A stretch of DNA of 64,000 nt from a virus (Duplodnaviria; Caudoviricetes). The DNA is taken from the IMG/VR virus record IMGVR_UViG_3300020420_000671; one strand, given 5' to 3'. This document shows positions 37,494 through 47,213 of the stretch, one piece after another; within the stretch, counting starts at the first letter, position 1, and each line of letters begins with the position of its first letter. The position numbers and the translations under genes were made by a program. A model generated the notes under the pieces. The model had not been told where the DNA came from and searched no databases. It saw only the letters and a list, made by a program, of their open reading frames with translations.

Positions 37494-38468
37494 ATGGCAA
37501 CATTAGCAGAAATCAGAGCTAAACTGAAAGAACAAGAATCACGCACAGGTGGTTCACAAAGCTCCGGCGGGGACAACGCAATTTTTCCATTCTGGAATAT
37601 GAAAGAAGGCGAAAGTTCAACACTTCGTTTCCTTCCTGATGGTGATGAATCAAATACATTTTTCTGGAAAGAACGTTTGATGATCAAACTGCCTTTCGCA
37701 GGTGTAAAGGGTGAGACTGACTCTCGTCCAGTACAAGTACAAGTTCCTTGTATGGAAATGTATGGTGATAGCTGTGAAATTCTTAACGAAGTTCGTGGCT
37801 GGTTTAAAGATCCAAGTCTTGAAGACATGGGTCGTAAATATTGGAAGAAGAGATCATATATCTTCCAAGGATTTGTAACTGAAAACGCATTAAGCGATGA
37901 TACAACTCCTGAAAATCCAATTAGACGTTTTATTATTGGTCCACAGATTTTCCAAATCATCAAGCAGGCTCTTATGGATCCTGATATGGAAGAACTGCCA
38001 ACAGATTATACTGCTGGTTGTGATTTCCGTCTTAACAAAACTACAAAAGGCGGATATGCGGATTACTCAACTTCAAGTTGGGCAAGACGTGAGCGTCCAT
38101 TAAGTGATGCTGAAATGAAAGCCATAGAATCAAATGGTTTATTCAACTTGCCAGACTTCCTTCCGAAGAAACCTTCCGAAGTAGAAGTCAAAGTGATGAA
38201 AGAAATGTTTGAAGCGAGTGTCGATGGTGAAGCATACGACATGGATCGCTTTGGACAATACTTCCGTCCAGCTGGTATGTCTGCTAGAACAGGTGACCCT
38301 GTTGCTCAAAAGGCGGATACTAGCCCAAAGCAGGCAACGGCTCCAGTAGCAGAGACTCCCGTAGCAGAGGCTCCAAAAGCTGAAGCGCCGAAAGTTGAAG
38401 CAACAGCTCAACCAAGTGGAAAGGCAGAAGACATTCTTTCCATGATCAGAGCAAGACAACAAAACTAA
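37494..38468 (+). CDS. single-stranded DNA-binding protein (gp32-like)
   Basis: STLRFLPD, FFWKER, C.EMYGDSC, RKYWKKRSY, RFIIGPQIF, GCDFRL.K..KGGYADYSTS. Confidence 0.88.
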   Translation: MATLAEIRAKLKEQESRTGGSQSSGGDNAIFPFWNMKEGESSTLRFLPDGDESNTFFWKERLMIKLPFAGVKGETDSRPVQVQVPCMEMYGDSCEILNEVRGWFKDPSLEDMGRKYWKKRSYIFQGFVTENALSDDTTPENPIRRFIIGPQIFQIIKQALMDPDMEELPTDYTAGCDFRLNKTTKGGYADYSTSSWARRERPLSDAEMKAIESNGLFNLPDFLPKKPSEVEVKVMKEMFEASVDGEAYDMDRFGQYFRPAGMSARTGDPVAQKADTSPKQATAPVAETPVAEAPKAEAPKVEATAQPSGKAEDILSMIRARQQN

Positions 38469-38477
38469 AAATATATA

Positions 38478-38501
38478 CTTGTGGGGTTAATCCCCCACAA
38501 G
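38478..38501 (+). other. 9-bp RNA hairpin between ssb and uvsX
   Basis: CTTGTGGGG-TTAATC-CCCCACAAG, no U tract. Confidence 0.6.
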
Positions 38502-38519
38502 GCTATTTAAGGAGGTATT

Positions 38520-39578
38520 ATGGCAAAGGCATTTGATCCAAGTAAATTCAGAACGGCACTTACAAAAAGCATAACAGGCATGAGTGCTGGTTTTAATGAT
38601 CCAACAGATTGGATCTCAACAGGAAATTACGCATTAAACTATTTGGTTAGCGGAGATTTCCACAAAGGCGTTCCACTAGGCAAGGTAACTGTATTCGCAG
38701 GTGAATCCGGTTCAGGTAAATCTTATTTTTGTGCTGGTAACATTATTAAGGCGGCACAAGAACAAGGAATCTTCGTTGTATTGGTAGATTCAGAGAACGC
38801 ACTAGATCAAGACTGGTTAGAAAGACTTGATGTACAAACTAGCGAAGATAAACTATTGAAACTTAATATGTCAATGATTGATGACGTAGCAAAGACAGTT
38901 TCAACATTCATGACAGACTACAAAGCTATGAATGAAGAAGAACGTCCTAAAGTATTATTTGTAATTGATTCTTTAGGTATGTTGTTAACTCCAACAGATG
39001 TTGATCAGTTCCAAAAAGGTGATATGAAGGGTGATATGGGTAGAAAGCCTAAGGCACTTACATCGCTTGTTAGAAACTGCGTTAACATGTTCGGTAGTCA
39101 TAATGTAGGATTGGTAGCAACAAATCATACGTATGCTTCGCAAGATATGTTTGATCCAGATGATAAGATATCAGGTGGACAAGGATTTATCTATGCTAGT
39201 TCTATAGTTGTAGCTATGAAAAAACTAAAACTAAAAGAAGATGAAGACGGTAATAAAGTCAGTGACGTCCGTGGTATTAGAGCGGCTTGTAAAGTAATGA
39301 AAACAAGATATGCTAAACCTTTTGAAGGCGTACAGGTTAAGATTCCATATGAAAGAGGTATGGATCCTTACAGTGGACTTGTTGACTTGTTTGAAAAACA
39401 AGGATTACTTGTCAAAGATGGAAATAGGCTAAAATATATTGATGGAAAAGGCGAAGAGCATAAAGAATATCGCAAGAACTGGACAGGTGAAATGTTAGAT
39501 ATGATTATGTCTAATTTAAACGCCAAAGATGATTCTGTGGTAAATACCAAGGTCGAAGAACCAGCTGAAACAGAATAG
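38520..39578 (+). CDS. uvsX: RecA-like recombinase
   Basis: ISTGNYALNY, GESGSGKS, VDSENALD, IDSLGML, GDMGRKPK, SGGQGFIYASS. Confidence 0.92.
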   Translation: MAKAFDPSKFRTALTKSITGMSAGFNDPTDWISTGNYALNYLVSGDFHKGVPLGKVTVFAGESGSGKSYFCAGNIIKAAQEQGIFVVLVDSENALDQDWLERLDVQTSEDKLLKLNMSMIDDVAKTVSTFMTDYKAMNEEERPKVLFVIDSLGMLLTPTDVDQFQKGDMKGDMGRKPKALTSLVRNCVNMFGSHNVGLVATNHTYASQDMFDPDDKISGGQGFIYASSIVVAMKKLKLKEDEDGNKVSDVRGIRAACKVMKTRYAKPFEGVQVKIPYERGMDPYSGLVDLFEKQGLLVKDGNRLKYIDGKGEEHKEYRKNWTGEMLDMIMSNLNAKDDSVVNTKVEEPAETE

Positions 39579-39586
39579 GAGCAACA

Positions 39587-39826
39587 ATGGAATCAAGTAT
39601 GATAGTCGATATTTGGAACACGTTCAAAGAAAGTATCGAGAAAAAACATATTGAAACAGTAGCAGAAAGATATGTAGATGTTTGTGCTGACTTTGGTACA
39701 GATGATACTGCCTTTAGAGATGCTATGGGAAATTGTGATAATTTAGATGCGGCAATTTCATATTACTTGGATATGGAAGACCCTGAAGATTATGACGAAA
39801 ATGACCCAGAAAATTGGGACGACTAA
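39587..39826 (+). CDS. small acidic hypothetical protein
   Basis: SD AGGAG; C-terminal DMEDPEDYDENDPENWDD. Confidence 0.7.
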   Translation: MESSMIVDIWNTFKESIEKKHIETVAERYVDVCADFGTDDTAFRDAMGNCDNLDAAISYYLDMEDPEDYDENDPENWDD

Positions 39827-40282
39827 ATGGGTTACTACTCCACTGTAGCAAGAGACATTAGTAAGATTCCTGATGCTATACAACACTTTGAAACAGAGTT
39901 AAGCGCCGCAAGAGTTGAAACAAAGCTCAAAGGCAACGTAGAACGTGCGGCGGCTGAACTTCCAGGTATTGTAGAACATCGATTCCAACAACTTCAAGAA
40001 ATAGAAGCAATTTTAAACTACTTAAATATTGAATTGCGTAGATTACGTAGCTCATATTTTAAAAAATATTTAGAAAACTATCAAAGAGCCTTATCCAGTA
40101 GAGACGTTGAAAAATATGTTGATGGAGAAGCTGACGTAGTAGACTACGAAAAAATCATAAACGAATTTGCTCTTCTAAGAAATAAATGGCTCGGCTTGCT
40201 TAAAGGACTTGACCAAAAACAATGGCAGATCACCAATGTAGTTAAGTTAAGAGTAGCAGGCATGGAAGATGCGTCATTATAA
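39827..40282 (+). CDS. uvsY: recombination mediator
   Basis: Helical; LSSRDVEKYVDGEAD, WLGLLKGLDQKQWQITNVVKLRVAG; follows uvsX. Confidence 0.8.
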   Translation: MGYYSTVARDISKIPDAIQHFETELSAARVETKLKGNVERAAAELPGIVEHRFQQLQEIEAILNYLNIELRRLRSSYFKKYLENYQRALSSRDVEKYVDGEADVVDYEKIINEFALLRNKWLGLLKGLDQKQWQITNVVKLRVAGMEDASL

Positions 40283-41042
40283 GTTCCAAGTTCCAGAAAA
40301 TAGCAGAAAATTAAGAGGACAACTTTTCACATACCTATACAGTCTTTGTGATGTAAAAACTATCAGTGGTCCTGAAGATATAGAAAAAGACAGATATCTA
40401 GCATTTAGTCATCCTTTTGATGATTGGATATTTGACTATATTGTTAAAAACAAAGATCTAAATTTTTTCCATATAGATAACGGATATATAGGTAACCATA
40501 GGCATAAAACACCTTGGCACTATAGAATAAGTTATAACTCTTTACAAAACACTAAAGTAAAAAAAGTATCTAGTAGCAGAACACATCTTCTTGAAATTGA
40601 TGACAGACTTTGGTCTGATGATTGGAATTTAGAAGGAGATTACAACCTGATTGTGCTACCCAACCAGTCCAATATATTTAAATACTTAGGAGAAGATTAT
40701 GATACTTGGAAACGTCAAACATTGGATCATTATCAATCATTAAAAGTGCCTTGTAAGGTAAGAGAAAAACAAGGTAAGCGTAGAAAGAGATATGAAGAAA
40801 TTTTACCTATGATGAGAAACGCAAAAAAGGTTATAACGTATCATAGCATGGCGGCTGTTGAAGCATTGTGTTTAGGAAAACCAATTGAGATACTAGGACA
40901 AAGTGCTGTTCAACACTGGCAAAACAAAACAAATTTTAATAGAAAGGAAATGTTAGAACACATAGCATGGAGCCAATTCAATAGAGATGAATATACCAAT
41001 GGCATAGCATGGGATCTAACATTTGAGTATCAGGTTAATTAA
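40269..41042 (+). CDS. KpsC/KpsS-like (Capsule_synth-type) GT-B transferase-like protein A
   Basis: HIDNGYIG, VITYHSMAAVEALCLGKP, HIAWSQF; paralogue of 49321, 50192, 51950. Confidence 0.5.
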   Translation: MRHYKFQVPENSRKLRGQLFTYLYSLCDVKTISGPEDIEKDRYLAFSHPFDDWIFDYIVKNKDLNFFHIDNGYIGNHRHKTPWHYRISYNSLQNTKVKKVSSSRTHLLEIDDRLWSDDWNLEGDYNLIVLPNQSNIFKYLGEDYDTWKRQTLDHYQSLKVPCKVREKQGKRRKRYEEILPMMRNAKKVITYHSMAAVEALCLGKPIEILGQSAVQHWQNKTNFNRKEMLEHIAWSQFNRDEYTNGIAWDLTFEYQVN

Positions 41043-41722
41043 TGAGTTACGTTGAACTAGATGGTTGGAGAACTATACCTCAAGACATTTGTCTTAAAAG
41101 TGCTAAGAAACAAGGCAATGGAAAAATTGAGGAATATCAAAATTGGGAATTACAAACAGCAATTTCTCATTGTGCTAAACTTAGAATAGCAGTAGATATA
41201 GGAGCTCACGTTGGAATAACTTCTTTTAGGTTGAGCCAATCATTTGAACATGTCCACGCTTATGAAGTAAACACAAAACTGTTACCCAGTCTATTATACA
41301 ATTTAGACATGAAAAAAGTTATCAATGTAACTACTCATCCTGTTGGTCTTGGCGATACAGAAAAAGATGTAGACATTATTGAAACACATAAAAGTTTTAG
41401 TACGCATATAGATCCTAATGCCACTAAAGGAAAATATAAAGTTAAAACGTTGGATTCTTTTAATTTACAAAATGTAGACTTTATTAAAATAGACGCAGAA
41501 GGATATGAGCCATTAATTGCTAAAGGAGCAATAGAGACTTTGAAGAGATGTAAACCAATAATTTTATACGAAAGAAAAGATCACCCTGCTAGATATGGTT
41601 TTGAAAGGGAAAGCATAAGAAGCGTACTTATGGATATAGGATATAGAATGGTTAGAAAATTAGGTAAAGGCGAAAAGAATGCCGTGCTGGCATATCGACC
41701 AGAAATGAGTCGTGATGTTTGA
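41042..41722 (+). CDS. FkbM-family methyltransferase
   Basis: VDIGAHVG, HAYEVN, VKTLDSF, DFIKIDAEGYE. Confidence 0.85.
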   Translation: MSYVELDGWRTIPQDICLKSAKKQGNGKIEEYQNWELQTAISHCAKLRIAVDIGAHVGITSFRLSQSFEHVHAYEVNTKLLPSLLYNLDMKKVINVTTHPVGLGDTEKDVDIIETHKSFSTHIDPNATKGKYKVKTLDSFNLQNVDFIKIDAEGYEPLIAKGAIETLKRCKPIILYERKDHPARYGFERESIRSVLMDIGYRMVRKLGKGEKNAVLAYRPEMSRDV

Positions 41723-42563
41723 GCTTCCACAATTACACGGACATAATGTTCCTGATAAAGCAAAAGACATAATTTTTTTTAGTTGTGATTATGACTATTT
41801 TGATAGACACGGATACGCATTAGCCCAAAGTATAAACAGAACTATAGGTTGGATACATGTTCATTGCCATATAATAAATGAAGGTAATATGAATCAAACA
41901 GTATTGGATCAATTATCTCTACATTATCCTTTCACGTATTCATATGAACATGTAAGTAAAGAATTATACAGTAATCTAAAGAAAAATCATAAAAGAATGA
42001 AAGAAGGTCAAGATATATTTAAGACAGGTGATCATGACTACATTGCTAGGCGAACTTATCTAGCAAGTGCTAGATTCATGCGATTATATGAAATTTTTCA
42101 AAAAGAAGACCAACATATATTTCAACTTGACTGCGATACAGTTTTAAGAAACGGTTTTCATCAAAAGGACTTTAGACAGATAGCAGAAAATGTTGCTGTG
42201 ATGCCAAAGCCAAAAGATCCTGGAATCTTCATAGCCAGTGCCTTGTGTTTGGGTTTAGGAGATAAAGGTATAAGATTTAGAAAACTGTTTAGTAACAACA
42301 TGATAGAAGCATTTACAAAAGAAATTTATTGGTTCGTTGATCAAGATGTTTTAAGAGATACAATGGCCGAATGGGCTAACATGGGAGAAACATTTGAATA
42401 CATTCCTTATCAATGGAATGCTTGGGGACAAAAGAGATACGATATATTTTCCACAGGAAAAGGTAATAAAAAGAATGACAGAAGATTCAAGGCGGCTCAA
42501 ATGAATTGGCTTCCTGAACATTGGAAAGAGATAATTAAAAAAGAAGTTTTAAATTTACCGTAG
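41712..42563 (+). CDS. GT-A glycosyltransferase-like protein
   Basis: FFSCDYDYF, YLASARF, QLDCDT (DxD), WFVDQDVL. Confidence 0.55.
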   Translation: MMFELPQLHGHNVPDKAKDIIFFSCDYDYFDRHGYALAQSINRTIGWIHVHCHIINEGNMNQTVLDQLSLHYPFTYSYEHVSKELYSNLKKNHKRMKEGQDIFKTGDHDYIARRTYLASARFMRLYEIFQKEDQHIFQLDCDTVLRNGFHQKDFRQIAENVAVMPKPKDPGIFIASALCLGLGDKGIRFRKLFSNNMIEAFTKEIYWFVDQDVLRDTMAEWANMGETFEYIPYQWNAWGQKRYDIFSTGKGNKKNDRRFKAAQMNWLPEHWKEIIKKEVLNLP

Positions 42564-42566
42564 TAT

Positions 42567-42734
42567 ATGATTGAAGAAATAGAAAGTCCTTGTATTAATA
42601 TTTGTACTATGGATCCTGATAGTGGACTATGTTTAGGTTGTAGTAGAACAGCAGATGAAATAGAAAAATGGGGAGACCCTAAAACAACAAATGAATGGAA
42701 AATTAAAAACTTAGAAGAATTGGAAACAAGATGA
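42567..42734 (+). CDS. DUF1289-like small Cys-rich protein (55 aa, below ORF-track cut-off)
   Basis: Translated by hand: MIEEIESPCINICTMDPDSGLCLGCSRTADEIEKW... Confidence 0.75.
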   Translation: MIEEIESPCINICTMDPDSGLCLGCSRTADEIEKWGDPKTTNEWKIKNLEELETR

Positions 42735-43300
42735 CACAGGGTTACATTATATATCTGCCAGACTATCCTGATAGTGTTTCTATGGCAACACGGGCAATGG
42801 AGAGTGCTAAAAAGACTGGTTGGAATGTACAATTATACGAAGGTGTCAATGGTACGAATGTTAGATTAGAAGATTATAATTTAAGACCATCGTTGGTTAA
42901 TAAGAAGTGTCAAAGGTTATTAGAACGTCCTGGCACACAAGGTTGTTTTCTCAGTCAATACCTTTTATGGGAAAAATGTTTTGTATCGCAAACACCATTA
43001 TGTATATTCGAACATGATGTTATATTTAAAAGACCTATGGGAGAGATACAAGACTGTGATGTATATAAGTTTGAAGGTTTTAATAAAGCAAAACCTATAG
43101 CACCAGGCAATTGGTATGAAGGTGCTAGGGCATATCATTTGACTCCTATTGGTGCTAGAAAACTGCTAGACTGGGTATTTGCTAATGGAGCCATGCCAGC
43201 AGATTGGATGTTGTGTGATGGTATTGTTGATATGAAATTTGATAAACATAACAAAGTTACATTTAAATCAGGAATGAGCTTTACAAAGGATCTACAATGA
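42731..43300 (+). CDS. GT25-family glycosyltransferase
   Basis: YIIYL, EGVNG, GCFLSQ..LW, IFEHDV, AYHLTP.GARKLL, PADW. Confidence 0.75.
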   Translation: MTQGYIIYLPDYPDSVSMATRAMESAKKTGWNVQLYEGVNGTNVRLEDYNLRPSLVNKKCQRLLERPGTQGCFLSQYLLWEKCFVSQTPLCIFEHDVIFKRPMGEIQDCDVYKFEGFNKAKPIAPGNWYEGARAYHLTPIGARKLLDWVFANGAMPADWMLCDGIVDMKFDKHNKVTFKSGMSFTKDLQ

Positions 43301-44082
43301 ATAGAATGATATATCAAGTAGCAGTTGGATCACAAAGCAAGTTATATCTACATTGTATAGAAAGTGTAAAAAAATATTGCGACAAATATAATATTACGCA
43401 TATAGTACAAAATGAACCTATTCTAAAAATACGTCCAGATGAAACTAGAACAGGTAGAAGTAAAGAAGCAGTAAACAGATTAGGATATCTTCCTATATAC
43501 GAAAAAGAAAATGCTTTTACTCATTTAAATAATTACGATCAAATTGCTATTATAGATAGTGATATCTATATTAAGATAGATGCTCCTAATATATTTGATA
43601 CACTTACGGAAGAGTATGCTTTTGGAGCAGTAGCAGAAAGAGAATTACCTTGTGCTAAAAAATATAAATCTAAGATAAGAAAGTATTCAAAAGCGGCATT
43701 CGAACATTTAGATGATGTAAATTGGAAATGGAATCATTTAGGAGCAGAATTTTACAATATGGGGTTAATGGTAATCAATAGTAAAAAATTTTTGCCATAC
43801 TTGAAAAACCAAACTCCAAAAGAATTTTTATCAAGATCAGAATTCAAAGACTTTGTAGACGGCGTTGGTTATAAAAAATGGTCAACAGATCAAATGCTAT
43901 TAAATTGGTGGGTCAAGAAAGAAAATATACCTACTAAAAATTTAGATTGGAGATACAACGGCCTGTACAAAGGAATAGAAGACAACAGACTATCAGAAGC
44001 ATTTTTTGTACATTTTTTCCTAAAAGATCTGCTTCCTGAAAGAGGAGAAAACGTTTCAACACTAATGGAGGCAATCAAATGA
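43297..44082 (+). CDS. GT8-like glycosyltransferase
   Basis: IIDSDI (DxD), YNMGLMV, DQMLLN, WRYN, FVHF. Confidence 0.7.
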   Translation: MNRMIYQVAVGSQSKLYLHCIESVKKYCDKYNITHIVQNEPILKIRPDETRTGRSKEAVNRLGYLPIYEKENAFTHLNNYDQIAIIDSDIYIKIDAPNIFDTLTEEYAFGAVAERELPCAKKYKSKIRKYSKAAFEHLDDVNWKWNHLGAEFYNMGLMVINSKKFLPYLKNQTPKEFLSRSEFKDFVDGVGYKKWSTDQMLLNWWVKKENIPTKNLDWRYNGLYKGIEDNRLSEAFFVHFFLKDLLPERGENVSTLMEAIK

Positions 44083-44615
44083 ACGTAAACGAGTTTGGTC
44101 ACTGTAAGGACCTAAAACAGTTTTATAATGAAATAAGAGAATTTTATCGTAGTCATTATAAAGATGATTTTTTAAGATACTACGATACTTTACAAAAACT
44201 CGCAGGTGAATGTAGTAGCTATAGAGAGCTAGGAGTAATGCAGGGTGGATCGGCCGCGGCTGTGCTGTCAGGTAATGCTAACATAAAAGCAGAGTTAATA
44301 GACAGGAGTTTCCAACATCTTAATAACCATAAACATGTGTTCAACGGATACAATGTTTCGTTTGTTGAAAGTGATTCACTTGTATGTCCGGTAAATGAAT
44401 GCGAGATGACACTTATTGATAGTATGCATCATTACAAACACGTTAATAAAGAAATACGTAGATATGAAAATAGTGTTTCAAAATATTTGGTATTCCATGA
44501 TAGCAATTATCATGAAATAAAGAGAGCCATTGACGAATGTGTTGCTAGAGGAAAATTCAAGATCAATATTCTAGATGATAAAAGCTATGGATATTGTGTG
44601 TTAGAGAGAAGATAA
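44079..44615 (+). CDS. class I SAM-dependent methyltransferase
   Basis: RELGVMQGGS, ESDSL, LIDSMH, LVFHD. Confidence 0.7.
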   Translation: MNVNEFGHCKDLKQFYNEIREFYRSHYKDDFLRYYDTLQKLAGECSSYRELGVMQGGSAAAVLSGNANIKAELIDRSFQHLNNHKHVFNGYNVSFVESDSLVCPVNECEMTLIDSMHHYKHVNKEIRRYENSVSKYLVFHDSNYHEIKRAIDECVARGKFKINILDDKSYGYCVLERR

Positions 44616-45400
44616 TGAAACACGTTGTAATGAGATATATGAGCACAAGGATCAAGGATCTTCCTTATGGGTGTCCTGGATTTGGAGATATTGTACACTC
44701 AACGTTGTTAACATATAATTACGGACAAGCCTTTAACGAACAAGCAACATTACACATAGCAGGGCATCAGTACAATAGGGATAAGCCTACAACATGGACG
44801 GAAGTAATAAATTTATTTCCCAAAGATAGTGTACACCTAAAATGGTATAGATATAAGTCTGATACTAATCAGGATCAAGGATTTTTTGATTTAGTAAAAC
44901 AAGAACATCCAGACGCAGTTTTACATTATTACGAAAAGTATCCTGGTAAGATACAAAAAGTTATTCAGCCAAGTTTTTATGTTGACGAATACATGAAATC
45001 GTATCCATGTTTAAAACCAGAATGTCCTTATCCAGAAGCAGAAAAAAGTTTGTTACCAGAAAAATTTGTTACAGTTCAAGTAGATGCCGGTAGTAAAAAA
45101 CGTATGCTGAAACCGCATCAAATGAATAACATTTTAAATTTTTGGATTACAAAAGGATACAAGCCTATATATCTAGGAGGGCAGGCTTCACATCCATTAT
45201 TACAAAGAGCACCAATGGCAGGGTATGCTATGAGTAAAGCTAGGGCACATATTGGTGTAGACAGTGGTTATATGCACTTGGCTCAATGTTTCTTTAAGCC
45301 GGAGGACATATACATATATACTAACAGACCATGGGATAAATGGGAACATCATTTAAAGATGTTTAAAGATAACGGGGTTAATATAAATGAATACTATTAA
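44615..45400 (+). CDS. GT9 (heptosyltransferase-like) glycosyltransferase
   Basis: N-terminal GFGD and C-terminal HIGVDSGYMHLA (GT9 DSGxxHxA signature); start moved to ATG 44615. Confidence 0.65.
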   Translation: MKHVVMRYMSTRIKDLPYGCPGFGDIVHSTLLTYNYGQAFNEQATLHIAGHQYNRDKPTTWTEVINLFPKDSVHLKWYRYKSDTNQDQGFFDLVKQEHPDAVLHYYEKYPGKIQKVIQPSFYVDEYMKSYPCLKPECPYPEAEKSLLPEKFVTVQVDAGSKKRMLKPHQMNNILNFWITKGYKPIYLGGQASHPLLQRAPMAGYAMSKARAHIGVDSGYMHLAQCFFKPEDIYIYTNRPWDKWEHHLKMFKDNGVNINEYY

Positions 45401-45878
45401 GTATGACGGAAAAGAATATTTAGAATTACAATCAAAAGGTTATGCGGCACAATATGCGTTTCCGTTTGCTAAACAAATACTAACAGGAAAAGGATTAGAC
45501 ATAGGACCTAACAGAGAAGAATGGTCGTTTCCTGGATCAAGAATGATTGATCTCGTAATACCTGATGAGTATGATGCTTTTAATTTACCTAATGAAAAGT
45601 TTGATTATATATTTTCTTCACATTGTTTAGAACATTTAAATGATTGGGTTGGAGCACTCAACCACTGGTCCACTAGATTACACAAAGGCGGAATAATCTT
45701 TTTATATCTTCCACACCCAGATCAAAGATATTGGAAGCCTTGGAATAATAGAAAACATGTTCATATACTTGAGCCAAAACACATTGAAGACTATTTTAAC
45801 TCAAAGAAATTTTCAAAAGTTTTTGTTACGCACGGATATGATCTAAATCATTCTTACTACGCTGTTGCTGAACTTTAA
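45387..45878 (+). CDS. class I SAM-dependent methyltransferase
   Basis: GLDIGP, FDYIFSSHCLEHL, GGIIFLYLP. Confidence 0.75.
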   Translation: MNTIKYDGKEYLELQSKGYAAQYAFPFAKQILTGKGLDIGPNREEWSFPGSRMIDLVIPDEYDAFNLPNEKFDYIFSSHCLEHLNDWVGALNHWSTRLHKGGIIFLYLPHPDQRYWKPWNNRKHVHILEPKHIEDYFNSKKFSKVFVTHGYDLNHSYYAVAEL

Positions 45879-45896
45879 TGAGAGACAGATTAAAAA

Positions 45897-46589
45897 ATGA
45901 GATTAGCAGTTTGTATATCCGGTGTTAATAACAAGAACAGTCGTATTGTAAAGTTCTTAAAAGAAAAAATTCCAGAAGCAACATATTTTTATCATACTTT
46001 TTCAAACAAAACAAATTTGATCGATAAAGAATTACATGATAACCTATTTACGATGCACTATCCTAAGTGGCATTATCATCCTATGGAAGTGCCAAATATA
46101 TGTAAACACGGAAAGTTTAAAAAATATGTAGAACAAAAGTTAAGTTGGGACAAGTTATATTTTGGCACAGTTCCAATTTTACAACATTGTGATTTATTAC
46201 GTAAGATTCCAAAAGAATACAATTTAATAATTAGATGTGACTGGAACACACAGATAGATAGACAGGTTGATTTACATCATTGGTATAGAAAAGCATTTGA
46301 ACAAGGGCCTATTGGCTTTATGGTTAGAGATAATAGAGGACCAAATTTTGGCTCAGGTAAACTACAAGAACTACCAAAAGACGAAAATGATATTAATAAC
46401 GATTGGTTTCATTTTTTACCTAGTAGCTTGATAATACATCATAGAAAACATTTTGATGTAAAACAAGTAACACAATTAGACAAGAACTGTGAGCTACTGC
46501 CTAATGAGTGGGGTTGGTATCAAGTGTTAAGTGCTCCTTATGGTGGGATTCACACCAGTGTACATGGTTTTGCTAAAGAGCTTAAATAA
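45897..46589 (+). CDS. hypothetical protein, possible glycosyltransferase-like
   Basis: MRLAVCISG N-terminus, IIRCD, NDW; inside glyco island. Confidence 0.4.
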   Translation: MRLAVCISGVNNKNSRIVKFLKEKIPEATYFYHTFSNKTNLIDKELHDNLFTMHYPKWHYHPMEVPNICKHGKFKKYVEQKLSWDKLYFGTVPILQHCDLLRKIPKEYNLIIRCDWNTQIDRQVDLHHWYRKAFEQGPIGFMVRDNRGPNFGSGKLQELPKDENDINNDWFHFLPSSLIIHHRKHFDVKQVTQLDKNCELLPNEWGWYQVLSAPYGGIHTSVHGFAKELK

Positions 46590-46604
46590 CATGGAGAAAA
46601 GATT

Positions 46605-47213
46605 ATGAATCTACAAGAAGTTTTTGTAAAACATAAATGTGATAAAGGAATCAAACATAGATATTGGGAACTTTATCAAGAAGATTTTACAAAACACAAA
46701 GACGATCCAATTAATATATTAGAAATAGGTACTTTCAAAGGTGAAAGCACAAATGCGTGGTTAGAATATTTTTCACAGGCAAAAATTTACACTATAGATA
46801 CATTTGAAAGAGTACAAGCTAAAGATTTGCCTTGTTTGGAAGATCACAGAGTACAATGGGCACAACTAGATAGCACATCAGAAAATTGTAACAATCATTT
46901 TAAAAATCAAGGAATAAAGTTTGATATTATTATAGACGACGGTTTACATACGCCTGAAGGGCAAAGACTAACATTTGAAAGACTGTTTGAATTCTTAAAA
47001 CCAACAGGTAGTTATTATATAGAAGATGTATGGATGCTAGACAAGGTTGATCGAAATCATCATTGGATCACCAGTCATCCAAACGACTTCACAATGGACA
47101 AATACAACAAACTTATAAGTGTCATTTCTGAACACGCAGTTACACATCACAACTTCAGCAGTAAGACAGTACCAGATAGTTATATATTAAAAGTGAAATG
47201 GAAGCATTCGTAA
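46605..47213 (+). CDS. class I SAM-dependent (sugar O-)methyltransferase
   Basis: CDKG..HRY..LY, ILEIG, W.EYF..A.IY.ID, FDIIIDDGLH, YYIEDV. Confidence 0.75.
   Translation: MNLQEVFVKHKCDKGIKHRYWELYQEDFTKHKDDPINILEIGTFKGESTNAWLEYFSQAKIYTIDTFERVQAKDLPCLEDHRVQWAQLDSTSENCNNHFKNQGIKFDIIIDDGLHTPEGQRLTFERLFEFLKPTGSYYIEDVWMLDKVDRNHHWITSHPNDFTMDKYNKLISVISEHAVTHHNFSSKTVPDSYILKVKWKHS

Noticed and set aside
39540-46588. Additional TAAATA hexamers (39541, 46583) as late promoters for uvsY and the glyco genes
   Set aside because: The hexamer is frequent in AT-rich DNA and these lie within coding ends; not listed as features without TSS data
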